A stretch of 64,000 nt of DNA from the human T2T-CHM13v2.0 reference genome, Homo sapiens: NCBI RefSeq assembly GCF_009914755.1, contig NC_060927.1. The stretch is one strand, 5' to 3'. Both the position numbers and the translations under genes were made by a program. The notes beneath the pieces were generated by a model. That model was not told the origin of the DNA. It did not search any database and saw only the letters and a program-made list of their open reading frames with translations. Every line of letters begins with the position of its first letter. Positions within the stretch are counted from its first letter, which is position 1. Positions 15,053 to 29,589 of the stretch are shown piece after piece.

Positions 15053-15324
15053 TTGTCGCGGCGGCCGCCGAGCTCCGGGATGGCGCCGAGCGGCTGCGGG
15101 CCGGGGCCGGGGCCCGGGTCGGGGCGGCGGGCGCACGCGGCCAGGTGTCGCCGGTGTCGCTCCAGCAGGCCGGCGTTCTCCCGGCTCAGCCGCGCCACTT
15201 GGCGCTCCAGCTCCTCGATGCGCCGTCGCCGGCGCGCCAGCAGCTCCTGCTGCGCGGCGACGATCCGGGTCAGCTCCTGCAGGTACTCGGCCGCCTGGCC
15301 GGGGGGCTCGGCGGCGCTGGCCAT
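15053..15324 (-). CDS. IQSEC1: IQSEC1 (BRAG2) long-isoform first coding exon; N-terminal coiled coil [53 protein letters not shown]...GGRRD(K)
   Basis: ATG at 15324 in strong Kozak context (gggGCCATGG); donor AA|GTAAGC at 15052 (phase 2). The peptide closely resembles the IQSEC2 ([30 protein letters not shown]) and IQSEC3 N-termini as I recall them. It lies in a CpG island, downstream of and co-oriented with NUP210, matching the known 3p25 gene order. Confidence 0.92.
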
Positions 15325-15352
15325 GGCCCCCCGCCCGGAGGCCGGCCGCGCC

Positions 15353-15391
15353 TCAGGCGAGCGGGCGGCGGGGCGGCGGCGGCGCGGCCAT
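15353..15391 (-). other. Upstream ORF MAAPPPPRRPLA* in the IQSEC1 5' leader
   Basis: gcaGCCATGG at 15391 (minus), TGA at 15353-15355; out of frame with and 28 nt upstream of the main ATG at 15324. Confidence 0.6.
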
Positions 15392-15861
15392 GGCTGCGCG
15401 GCGGGGACGGCGGCTCGGCGCGGCGCGGGGCTGCCGCGGCCCCGCCTCGGCTCCCGCCTCCGCCGGCGCCGCCCCCGGGGCCCCCGCGCCTCCTGCTCCC
15501 CGCGCCGCCGCGCTCCGCCGCCCGCTGCCCCGCGGACGCGCCGGGGCGGCAGGGCGCGGAGCTGCGGCCGCAGCGGGCAGGCGAGGAGTTTTGCAAAGTG
15601 CCGGCCGCGGCGCGGGAAGAGGGCGGGGAGGGCGCCGCCTGCTGGGACCGCCCCTGGGTCCCGCGCCCCCGCACCAGGCGTCGGGGGACAGCTCCATCCT
15701 TCTCCGGCCGCCTCGGGCGCCTTAAATCGGAAGCGATTCCGTGAAATACATCTCGAATCCATCAGCGGACGATTTTAGGAAAAGTGTAAATAAAAAATCA
15801 ACACACTCACGAGAACATTGGCATTTCTTATTGATCTGAGTCTACCAAAACACTGGGTATG

Positions 15862-16010
15862 GGCAGGGTGCGGAGGCTCACGCCTCTAATCCCAGCACTT
15901 TGGGAGGCCGAGGCAGGAGGATCGCTTGAGCCCAGGAGTTTGAAACCAGCCTGGGCAAAAGAGCGAGACCCTGGCTCTACAAAAATACCAATAAAATAAT
16001 AAAATAAAAC
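15862..16010 (+). mobile_element. Free left Alu monomer (FLAM-like) next to the IQSEC1 promoter
   Basis: Single monomer with A-rich tail; TSD aaaacactggg(t/a)atg at 15847-15861 and 16006-16020. Confidence 0.85.
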
Positions 16011-18320
16011 ACTGGGAATGTTTTGTACTTGCAGAAGCAAGACGTTTCCCCGGCCGTCCCTTCCCAGTTGCAACCAGAAGGTGGCCCTGAAGCCTCCATG
16101 GTTCTATTTGCTGAGCTGCCAAGGCTCAGGGGCCCAACCCACCACTCACACTTGCGGTGGGGAACTGATAATCTGTGGAGGGAAGCCCCGCCTCTGCTCG
16201 GCGTTGAGATCTGCAGCAATTTGTTTTACCCCTTGGAGCCTACCTTTCCTCAGCCAAAATATTTTCCATTTGTTGATTATTTTCTTAATCTTTGTAATTT
16301 TCATACCCCAAGTTTCTTTGGGGCTAAACTCACTTTTCTATCTCCTTGACTTGAGCTGGCTTATTTCTACAGTTCCATTTTCTAGCAAATGCATTTAAGG
16401 CTATAAATTTACCTCTGGGTAAAGCTTTAGCTACATCTCATATATTTTTAAAGCTGTTATTTACATGCGGGTGGCATTGCCTTTGTTACACCAGCTTCAC
16501 TGACACTTGGTGTTCCATATTTATGTTTGTTGCTATCCCTCCATCCCCAGGAGAGGAGGAGACTGCATAGAGAGACCTCAGACCCTCCAGGGTCCTCAGG
16601 CCTCCTTCGGTGTCCCACCTTGGCTGTCCCACGGGCAGGGCCCAGAATGGTAGTGGGGCCATGTAGTGGAAGCCTCAAGTTCCCCAAGGACTGTTATACG
16701 AGGATGAGATCATACACACACCACCCTAAATGAAAGCTCAACACAACTTTAAAATTGTCCCTCGTTTCTAAGACACGTCCTGTTCTCAAGATTAATGTTA
16801 TCTTTATAAATCTTATCATCACCTTTTGAAGAACACCATCAGATACCATCCTATTTGTACATGTACAAATCATTGATCATTTTGGTTTATAAATTGAAAA
16901 TATACCAACATCTTTGCCACTCTAATCTAATATCTCCTCATTTGATAATACCTGAGGAGCTTCCCAAAAAGGGATCCGTGTAGCCCAGGCTTCTCATGAC
17001 CTTATGGGAGGCCTGACCCTGCAGTTGCGCACGGGTCTCTGCCAGTGTTTGGGGCTGGAGGGAAGGTAACTCTAAACCCTGGTGCCTGTCAGTGAGGATC
17101 ATGGCTGATGGACAGAGCTGCAGGGGTTGGGGAAGGAGCAGCCAGGCTCCCTTTCTATGCTCAATGCCCATGTGGAGCCCCCAGACACCCCTTCCAGCTG
17201 TTCCCGATTGAAGATGACCCCACATCTCCATCTCTGCACTAACTCCTTGCTCCCTGAGGCAGGTCACCTTGCCACTCAGCAGACAGAACACCCAATCTGT
17301 ACCAGGCCCGGATGACACCAGACACCATAAGGGGAGGAGGCCTCAGCCCTGCCTTTCAGGAGCTTCCAGGCTTGGCCAGGGCAGAAGATGACAACAGGCC
17401 GACAAGGTGCTGTTCGAGCCTCCAGGCAGGAGCACTGCACCCGAGGCCTAGGCAGGGCCCTGTCCTCCTGGAATTGCCATTCCCCAGGCTCTGAGGCAAG
17501 CAGAGAGATCCTCAGGGCATAGGTGGTGAACAACAACAGTGGCCTGCCTGGCCCACTCCCTGCTCCTTCCGGCCAGGATCCCTGGACTCCTCTTTAGGCA
17601 GTAGGAGTGGGAGCAGGGAGCCCCTCGGGCCTGTCCTCTCCCTCTGCCTCACTCATCTGCCTTGCTTTCCATTCCTGGGACTCGGGGGTGTTCCAGCGAC
17701 AGCCAGCTCCCCGGAGCTGGAGGTTATAGGGGAGTCTGCCACCAGCAATGGGGCCAAGTCCACCCTCCTTCCTGGCTCCCAAACGAGGGAGGAACAATGC
17801 CTGTCCCCACCAGAGAAGGGAGGCCTCTCCCTCAAAGAGCCTCAGCCAGCCACTCCTTTAGTAAATGTGGCCGAGCATCGACTGTGGCCAGGCTCTGGGC
17901 CCATGCTCTTTAAGAGTTCTCACATGGAGACAGAGAATGAGCAAGGGGGATGAGCAGGCACAGGCCAGGGCCATCCCACAGGGCCCCACATACAAGCCCT
18001 GTGGCCTGGTCCTCCAGCCTCCCTGCTCTGACCCCCGCATGCAGTGAGTTAATTGGCTTCCCACCTGCTTCTGGACTGGACTCGGGGCTCTTGGGCACCC
18101 AGGGGTCTCTCCCAGTCTCACCACATGGCCCCGGACATAGGAACACTGATGAGCAGAGGGCAGATGAGACACAGAGGGACAGGGTGGATTGCTTTCACTC
18201 GGCTGGCAGCACCAAGACGTCAGAGCAGTTAAAGGCCGTCCAGTTCAGCTGCAGTCTCTCATCTAAATTCCCACGATGTGCAATAAAAGAATCAGAGCCT
18301 CTAGAGTCCTTGAAGCACCG

Positions 18321-18726
18321 TGTCATGGATGCTGTGGTTGCTGCCCAGATTCCCCCTTCAAGGTGAGGCCCTCGCCTCGCACCAGCTCAGCAAAGACCGT
18401 CTCAGGAAATTGCCCTGTGCTGATGGAATCTTCAAGGTTACATTCCCCTTCCCAGGGCAGCCCCCAACTAGTGACTGGTCCATGCAGGAGGACAACAGCC
18501 TGGCCCCCTTGCCTCAATTTGGGCAACTCTGCAGGGTCATCCTAGCTCCAGAGCTCCCGTGGGATTAGCCAAGCCTCTGTAGGATTCACACTGTGGCCCA
18601 GCCTCTCCCTCTGCCAATCCTGCCTCTTCTCTCCCTCGCTGGTGCTGGCCCCTGAGCTCTCCCCAAGAAACCTCCTGTGTGCAAACCTCCCTCTCAGAAT
18701 GTTTCCCTGGGAGGTGACCCAGGACA
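18321..18726 (+). mobile_element. ERVL-class solo LTR (LTR16-like)
   Basis: TG...CA ends; LTR16-like motifs cagattcccccttca, ctagctccagagctccc, aaacctcctgtgtgcaaacctccctctcaga. Confidence 0.65.
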
Positions 18727-19099
18727 TTCTCCTTCCCTTCCCTTCCCTTCCTCTCCCATCTTGACACCAGTCCTTTGACCTCGTTAGGCTTTATAGGATG
18801 TGCATGCTAGTCTGTAACTCTAGTTAAGGTCTCCCGGCTTTGTATACAGATACGTTCTGCCACCTGAAAAAACTGATAACCGGCATTTCCAATGTGATAA
18901 ATTCGAGGCCAAGTAATTTAAATTCAATTGCAGAAAGGAAGATGTGAGTGTGCACTCCAAAAAAATAAAGGTTACAAAAATATGGAGGAGGAAACAGAGA
19001 AAGGGGAAGTATACTATGTAAAATCATTTGTGAATTTTCCTATTATTATTCACATCCAGCTTCTTGGTAAGATCATCAATCTTTTTAATATTGTCCTTT

Positions 19100-19520
19100 T
19101 TATAAGAAATTCATTTTTTTCCTTAAAAACCTTCCCCTGAGCACTCTCTGACTCACTATTATAATTTGGGCTGGCTACTTCCTGGGCCTGCTACACAGCT
19201 ATTATCAGGGATTTCTTGGCATTACACTTCTGGATTGAGTCCACTCTTTCTTGGATCCTGTGTATTGTCTTTCTTGGGTTCATTTTCTACTTTGCAGAGT
19301 ATATCCTCAGGCAATTCTGCCAGACACAGCCTATGGGTAGGTCTCTGAGTCCTTGTGTGTCTGAAAGTATTTACTTTGCCCTCAGATTTGATTGGTAGTT
19401 TGGCTGGGTATAGAATTCCGGGTTACAAATCAGTTTCCTCAGACCATGGAAAGGTTTGCTCCATTTTCCTCCATTACCTAGTGCCGCTGATGTCATTCTG
19501 ATTCTTGTTCCTTTAGAGAA
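19100..19520 (-). mobile_element. Old L1 fragment
   Basis: tgtctgaaagtatttactttgccctca...gtttggctgggtatagaattc is typical of antisense L1M. Confidence 0.6.
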
Positions 19521-19699
19521 GAAATTCTCTTAAGAGGGTATTGTCCCTGGTCAGAACATTTGAAAATCTGGTGGGGGATGTTTTTGGTCATGAGAATGAC
19601 TGACAATGCTCTGACATTCAATGGGCAGGGCCCTGACATACAGCACACAGGGAGTGTCATCCAATACAAACTATCCCACTCACATCACCAAAAAGCAAA

Positions 19700-21650
19700 G
19701 CAAAGCGGAAGGACTTACTCTATTAGATTTCAACACTTATTATAAAGCAAGAGTAATCAAAACAATGGGTACCAGTGTCAAGAGAGACACATAAATTGAC
19801 AAACTAGAAGAGAGTCTCAAAGTAGACCCACACATATGTGGGCAATCAATTTTTGACAAAGATGCCAAAGCCACTCAATGAGTGAAAGGACAGTCTTTCA
19901 ACAAGTGTTGCCTGAGAAAGCTGCTGGGATAATATGCAAAAGAATGAACCTCTGCCTCCATTTCAGAGTATCTACAAAACTAACTGGGACTAGATCACAG
20001 AACCCATGTAAGAGCTAAATAGGTACAACTTCTAGAAAAGCTCTTAATGGCCTTGAATTTGGCAAATATTTCTTAAATGTGACGCCAAAAGCATGAACTC
20101 TAAGTGAAGAAAAAATCAGCAAATTGGACTTCACTGCAATAAAAAAAAAAAAGCTTGGTCTTCAAAAGAAACTGTTAAGAAATGAAAAGGTAAGTCACAG
20201 TCTGGGAGGAAATATTTGCAAACTCGATATCCAGCAGAGGACTTGTGTGTAGAATATATAAAGAACTTTTACAACTCAATAAAAACAAGAAAAAACACCC
20301 AATTAAAAATGGGCATACGTTTTAAACAGACATTTCACCAAAGATATATAAATGCCAAATAAGCAAATTAAAAGAAGCTCAATATCATCAGTCATTAGGG
20401 AAATGCAAATTAAAACCCCAGGGATTTAGAGATGACACCAACAGCAAAGCAACAAAGGAAAAGGAGATAAACTGGGAAACAGCAACGTTGAAAGCTTCTA
20501 CGCTTTGAAGGACTTCAGTAAAGAAAGTGACAGAAGAGAAAAAACCCACAGAAGAGAAAATGTTTGCTGTTCACATGTCTGATCAAAGACATGTATCTAG
20601 CATACATAAATAAATTTTACAACTCAATAATAAAAAAGGCAAATAACTCAACTTAAAAATGGGAAAGGATCTGAATAGACATCACAACAAAGAGGATATC
20701 ATAAGCACAAGGAAAGATACTCAACATTATTAGCCATCAGAAAAAAATGCAAATCAAAAGTTTGACACACCAGTTAACCGCTTATACCCACCAGGTGCAA
20801 CCCACTAGGTTGGCTGGACTAAAAACTACTAGCACAAGGCCGGGCGCGGTGGCTCATGCCTATAATCCCACCACTTTGGGAGGCCGAGGCGGGTGGATCA
20901 CGAGGTCAGGGGTTCAAGACCAGCCTGACCAACATGGTGAAACCCCGTCTCTACTAAAAATACAAAAAAATTAGCTGGGCGTGGTGGCGGGTGCCTGTAA
21001 TCTCAGCTACTCAGGAGGCTGAGGCAGGAGAATTGCTCGAACCCCGGAGTTGGAGGTTGCAGTGAGCCAAAATTGCACCACTGCACTCTAGCCTGGGCGA
21101 CAGAGCAAGACTCTGTCTCAAATAACAAAACAAAACAAAACCAAACAAAAACTACTAGCACTAACAGGTGTTGCTGAGGAGGGAGAAAGATTGGAGTCCT
21201 CATACACCACTGTTGGGAATGTAAAACGGTGCAGCTGCTTTGGAAAATTGCCTGGCAGTTCCTCAAACATGTAAACATTTAAACCACACGACCCAGCAAT
21301 TCCACTCCTAGGTATATGCCCAAGAGAATAGAAAACATTATGACTCTTGGAAACATCATGCTGAGTACAAGAAGCCAGTCACAAAGGACCACACATTGTA
21401 TGATTCCTTTCCAGTGAAATGTCCAGAACAGGCCAATATATAGAGGCAGAAAGTAGATTAGTGTTTGCCCACAACTTAGGGGCAGGAGTGGAGGGTGAAG
21501 ATTTCCTTATGGGGTAATGAAAATGGTCTGAAATTGACTGTGGTCATGGTTGTACACATCTACGAATACTCTAAAGGTCATAGAGTGCCACACTTTAAAA
21601 TGGTGAGTTATTTGACATATTTACTATATCTCAGTAGAACTGTTAGGAAA
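19700..21650 (+). mobile_element. Old L1 (ORF2 3' end and 3' UTR), apparently two overlapping fragments, with an inserted Alu
   Basis: L1 motifs atttttgacaaagatgccaa, acaactcaataa (occurs twice, near 20270 and 20620), gacccagcaattccactcctaggtatat, agaagccagtcacaaaggaccaca. Confidence 0.85.
20838..21150 (+). mobile_element. Alu (AluS-like) in L1
   Basis: Full dimer; TSD aaaaactactagcac. Confidence 0.93.
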
Positions 21651-22718
21651 AAACCACACTGAGATACCACCGCATACCAACTAGAGTGGCTGAAAGTAAG
21701 AATACTGGTCATTCTTTTAGTGTTCCCGTGAGGGCTCAACCTGGAGTAGGGCGATGGGGTGCAGTGAGGGTAGGTAATTGGCTTCCCCACACTGAGCATG
21801 AAGCCCCCCGCCACAGGAGCCCTGTACTGGGTCAGAGCCCTAGATGCACCTGTCCAGGGAAGCCTCGCCAGCCTCTCACCTAGGCTGTAACCTCCAGCCA
21901 AGGGCCTAGCCCAGAGAAGCCACAGATCACTGGGTCCTTGTTGAAGGAATAAATGTGTGAATCAGTGCCACAGTCATGGTAGAGACATGGCTCTCAGTCC
22001 CATAACTGAACTTGACCCCAGGACAAAGGTTGCAAATGGTGCAGCCGGCATCCCAGCCCAAGACAGGCAGCGTTTAACATAATGAGTATCCGCTGCCACC
22101 ATTTTAAGGGCAGGAGATTTCATACAAAGAATCTAGCCTTGGGGTTCTCTGGGACAGGCCCTGTCTGGCTGCAGTTGTCTCCAGGTGAATGGTGGCCACC
22201 TTCCCTGAGTCCTTCCCTTCACCGGTCTCACAGGAGCATCAGTTTTCCCACCCCTAGTTCCCAGAGGCCTGCCACCCCTGATGCTGGGGGCTCGGGAACC
22301 GTCCTAGGACTCACGCAGTTCACCCTTCCTTGCCATTGCGAGAGTGGGGGCTGGAGGCTTTCTGAGGCACAGACCCAGCTCAGTGACTCTTCTGCCCTGC
22401 TCTGTTGGCCAAAGCAAGTCGAGAGTCTAGCCAGGCACACGACAGGGGCTCCGTAGGTGACACTGTCACCTCCTGCAGCTGTCCCCCACCCCCTAGCCTG
22501 GCTTGAAGCCAGGAAGATGGAGGGAGGGGGGAAGGGGTGCACCCTCAGGATACCCAGCCTGCTTAGCTCCTTGGAGGCGGCAGCAGGAACCCACCTCCCT
22601 GCTGTGGCTGTCCCACCTGGCCACCATCAGATGCCCTCTGCTATTGATCAAGTTGGGTGCTTATGTGGTCATGTTTACCAACCCCTGGAGGGCACTGGGC
22701 CATGGAACCCTTACCCTA

Positions 22719-23503
<785 letters not shown>

Positions 23504-23994
23504 AGTTCCCTCTTTTGCTCATAATCAACTATTAGTTGCATTTACAAGACAAACACTGATTGTCTTATGTAGCCAGGAAGACTCTTGCGTAGGAAGGCAG
23601 GGAAGCTTCAGTGGTAGTTGTATCGGGCTCAGCATGCATACTTGGCTATTTTGCAAAAAACACACTTCAGATTGCATCTACTTTTAACTAGCATGATCTG
23701 GGGTTTTTTTTTTGTTGTTGTTCTTTGTGACATTGCCTTTTCCTGTACCTAACACAATACCTCAGCAGGAGGACTATTACAAGGATATTACAGATTATAG
23801 GTAGCAATACATATTTAATAGCATTAAAGTGAGTTACAGATTGTAAAACCCACGATAACCATTTAACAAAACTGGAACATACATTTGAATAGTTTTTTTT
23901 TAATCGATTGTAATATTTTTCCCCTTTTGGTACCCATATTTAGTATAGTCTTTTTATGAAAAACAATTTTGGACTAGAGCTGATTGCAAGTGTT

Positions 23995-24295
23995 TTTGTT
24001 TTTGTTTTTGAGACAGGATCTCACTCTGCCACCCAGGCTGGAGTACAGTGGCATCATCATCACGGCTCACTGCAGGCTCAACCTCCAGGGCTCAAGCGAT
24101 CCTCCCACCTGAGCCCCCTGAGTAGCTAAGACTACAGGCTCACATCATCACACCTGGATAATTTTTTAATTTTTTTTAGACACCAGGTCTCACTATGTTG
24201 TCCAGGCTGGTCTTGAATTCCTGAACTCAAGCAATCCTCCCACCTCAGCCTCCCAAAGTGTTGGGATTATAGGCGTGAGACACTGCACTCACCCT
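23995..24295 (-). mobile_element. Alu (AluJ-like) in the ERV internal region
   Basis: Diverged Alu dimer. Confidence 0.88.
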
Positions 24296-25017
24296 GCAAA
24301 TGTTTTTACAGAATAATTTATAACAATAACTGTGGATAATAAAACTTAGAATAGCCTTGGTTAAAATCTGATGAAAGTTTTTAATTGACAAGGAAATTTA
24401 GTTATTTCTATTTCACACAGCATTTTATGATAACAACCAGAATTATGACTGATGGTGTCACATCAGGGCCATTAGATGTTTATAAATTTTATATAATCTT
24501 TGGAACACTTATATTAACAACATATCCACACACATATAACTTACAAACAATTTAATATAACAATCAAAATTATTACTGATAACATTAGATTTTTATGAAT
24601 TTATATTATTTTTGGAACATTTATATCAATAACATACCCATAAATGTAACTGAAAAAAGATCTAGTATCATTTATCATTTGACAATGCCTCCCATACAAT
24701 TTACCAAACAATTTAAATCATTTAATATCTGCACAGGATGAGAGATATATTTTGCGGGAGTTTCCAGGGACACACTGGAAAATCCCATTTTTGGCCATTT
24801 TAATGTGAAATCTCCTTTGGTAAAGTCCTCCCATCCAAGGAGACACTTGCCAGTGTAAGCTCCATGTGTGTTATACACAAAGCCTGCTGGAGTGCTGACT
24901 GGAGGTTGGTTGTTCAATGACCCTGTTGTTTCAGTTTTGGATGATTTATTTTCCATTGTGAGAGCTCAGCAAAGCAGGACTGCTATTGAGAAACGTAGTG
25001 GGGAGATGAGCAGCTTT

Positions 25018-25640
<623 letters not shown>

Positions 25641-26334
25641 AAATGTGCTGTTCTGAGCACAGCCAATGGCTGTCTTACGTGTCTCAGTTTCTCCCTCGGG
25701 TTGCCTAAAGCAATCGTGGAGGCTCAGCGTACTGGGTGACTAACCCTCCCGTGTGCATCTCCAGATGAGCCACTTGTTAATTACTTGTGACAAAGAATTT
25801 CCTGTGGGACTGATGCACATCATAAGGATTGTACCTCCAACACTTCCAGAGATCTCTGGTCACCTGGACATGCCAAGTCAGAATCTGTCTGAAGGAGCGG
25901 GTGTCCCTTGTCTTCAGAGCTGACGCAGGTCAAACCCTCAGAGATTTATAATAGTGTCTGTCATGCTGAAACCTTGTTTACAGAGGCAAACTGAAAGGGA
26001 AGCCCTGGCACAACCCAGCCAGTGAGACAGCCTCACCTATCTGTTTCTTCCTAATATGTTTTAACTAGGAGAATTCCCTTTCTGGAGAAATGAAAAGTCT
26101 CGAGGAAGAACTTACCCCACATCAATAAGCAAGGACAACAAGTTGGAAAAAAACGTCAGGACCATCAGCTAAATGGAAGGTCTGAGACTCAGGAGAGACT
26201 CATCCAGTTGTCTGCAACCATGGCGGAAGCAGAGACGCTCACAGGGCCTGTGCTGGTACCAGGGTGCTGCATGCCCACAGCGTTCCAGATGACCATGGGC
26301 AGTCTAGTCTGAGTCCCTTTGTGGTCACCATGAT

Positions 26335-26839
26335 TGTCAACTAAAGAAAGAAAAAATCAGGCTTTCAAAGAATTAAAGTCAGTTTTCTGTGGGAGCCTTA
26401 GTGAGGACTGTAGACCGAGGCCTGTAGCCAGGAACAGCCCTTTAGAGAGGCTCCGCCGTCAGGCCGTTCCCGCACGGCATTTCAGCCCATGGCTCATATA
26501 CAGAAGGTGGAGGGTTAATGTGCGCAAATCCACATTAAACTTGTTCAGAAGTTACAGCAGAATCACACCTAGGTTTGAGTGTGGGAGTGCATTTAGGGAT
26601 CACAGAGGCATAAGCACCAACCCCATCAGACGTTATCTTATGTGTGGGAAAAGGCAAGGACTGGGGTCATTTCACTTACAAGGAATATAGCGGCTCAGGC
26701 GAGAGATGTGGAGAGCTGCATGCTCTGTCCTACTTTGTCTTCAAGGCATCTTTCTGGAGAGCTGCACACAGTCACAGGGTGAGGGATTCACACAGAAATG
26801 AGCAAACGTGGTCTCTTAGGTTTGCTGCTTTGCCTGACA
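26335..26839 (-). mobile_element. 5' LTR of the ERV1 provirus
   Basis: TG...CA termini, adjacent PBS, aligns by eye to 22719-23503. Confidence 0.85.
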
Positions 26840-27570
26840 CCCACCAGTGGCAAGTAGCAGGCTGCCTGGCTAAGACAGATGCTGTGTGCTCGGTAAATCG
26901 AGTCTCGCTGTAGAACACAGAGCCACGATGCTGTGAGGGGCATGGGCTGAAGGGAAAAGCCCCAAAGGTGAGAGCCGGGGGCCTCTCATCCCGGAACAAC
27001 GACTGCCTGCCAAATTCCTGGTAGGTGCCAGCCATCTCCCCCTAACCCAGTACAGGGGCCCCTCCCAACAAACAGGGGTGCGGGATGGTAGGGCGCACTC
27101 TGCAAATGAGGAAGTGGAGCCTGTGAGGGGAATCATTTGCCCAAGATCACTCAGTGCATTAGGGGCAGGACGCGGTTGTGACCTTGAGTTCTAAGCCCTG
27201 AGTGTGTGGCTTCCCTGGCCCTGCACCCCTTCCAATGGCTTATGGATTATTCCACTGTAATGGGCCGGCTGCTCTCATGCCCATCATAGAGGACAGCCGC
27301 AAGAAAGGGGCATGGCCCAGCCAGCAGTGCCCTTCATCACGGGGCATCCACGTTCTGTCCTCCACGCTTCCTGAATTTTTTTGCCTTGCTCACATCATGT
27401 GCCCCCACACCTTTGCATTTTTATACATGCTGTTCCCTCTTTCAGATACCCCTTCCCCACACTCCCCAGATTGGCAAACTCCTAATCATCCTACAAGACC
27501 CAGTTCAACTGGCACCTCCCTCCAGCAGCCCCAAGTCCTCCAGCCACTGGGGTTGGGAGGCTCCTTTTAG

Positions 27571-27975
<405 letters not shown>

Positions 27976-28430
27976 TAAAAACTAACTCTCAGACATTGCT
28001 GGGTGATAAATGGCACAACCTCCTCACAGAGCAACTGGAGAATCTTGAGGTGGATTTCAAATGCACACACCCTTTGACCCGACAGTTCCAATTTTAAGAA
28101 CGTATTCCACAGATATGCTCACTCACATGCTCAGCGGAATCTAGGAAAGCCCCTTCTGCAGAGCCTCTGCAGCCCCACGTGAGGTTGGGGAGGCTCTCTG
28201 TGGACTGATGAGGGCGACCCTTCAGATAAAGTGACAAAAGCCCGGCACAGGACAGTGGCTGTGGGATGTCCCCAGGAGTGCAGAAGTCTGAAGCAATGTG
28301 CAGCATCATGAGCCTGAATATGTTCAGGCTATTTCCAAGATACACCCTAGGTAATGTTAAATGGGTGCCTCTGGGCTTTTTATACCTCCTCATATATATT
28401 TCACGTTTTCACAAAATAATGGTAGCCTGA

Positions 28431-28814
<384 letters not shown>

Positions 28815-29589
28815 CCACATACCAGCTTTTCAAAATGTAACCATAATGATAAACTGAAAGGGAACGACGATCGTGGGGTGTGATACTCTCTATGCTTATC
28901 TCCCTCTCATTTCAACCTGGATTCTGAGAGCAGGGACCCTGTCTGATTAATCCCTGCACCCTCAGCTCCCATACCCTGTCACCAAGAAGAGCCCAGGAAA
29001 CATCTGACGAATGGGGAATGCATGATTGAGAAGCCTGTAATATTACCAGGCTGGGGTGGTCCCTGCCTTCCTCATTCGGAACTGAATCAGTAAAGGTGTT
29101 CTTCCCACAAGCCTGAGGCAGGAAGGAAGCCCGTGCAGGGCTCCCCGAGGCTCCCAAGCACGCAGAACACACACTGGCAGGAAACAGAGGCCAGATGGCA
29201 ATGGAGGACTCTCCCCTTCCCCCGCATGCTCTCATCTCCAACTTCCTTTCTTGTCTCCACTCTTTCTGCTTATCTGCCTCTTCATTGAGGAAGTGTCGGG
29301 CACAGGAGGGATGGGCTGCTGGAAAGAGTCAGAACTAGGAAAACTGCATGGCCACCACTGTGCTGATGAGCCCTGGGCAGCTCTCCTCATCCATTTGAGC
29401 TTCCCAATCCTCATCTGTGGACAGGCAGTTTAACCCCCCCTTGCCAGGTGGCTCTGAGGATGAAATAAGATCACCTGTGGAAACACATGGAAAGTAACTG
29501 GCACATGGCAGGTGCATGTATTGTCACTCCTGCCTGATCCCTGGCTCTGAGATTTATCAGAATCCACAAAGATCGAGTTGGAATGTAGA

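Larger units (their letters stand above)
14270..15780. promoter_or_regulatory. IQSEC1: CpG island / IQSEC1 distal promoter and 5' UTR
   Basis: Very high GC and CpG density; GC box GGGCGGGGA at 15621-15629; ETS-like CGGAAG near 15729; multiple G-runs; surrounds the first exon. Confidence 0.9.

Noticed and set aside
14490-15778. Several long overlapping Arg/Pro/Gly/Ala-rich ORFs on both strands
   Set aside because: Expected from stop-codon depletion in a CpG island; only the minus-strand IQSEC1 frame has homology and a splice donor.
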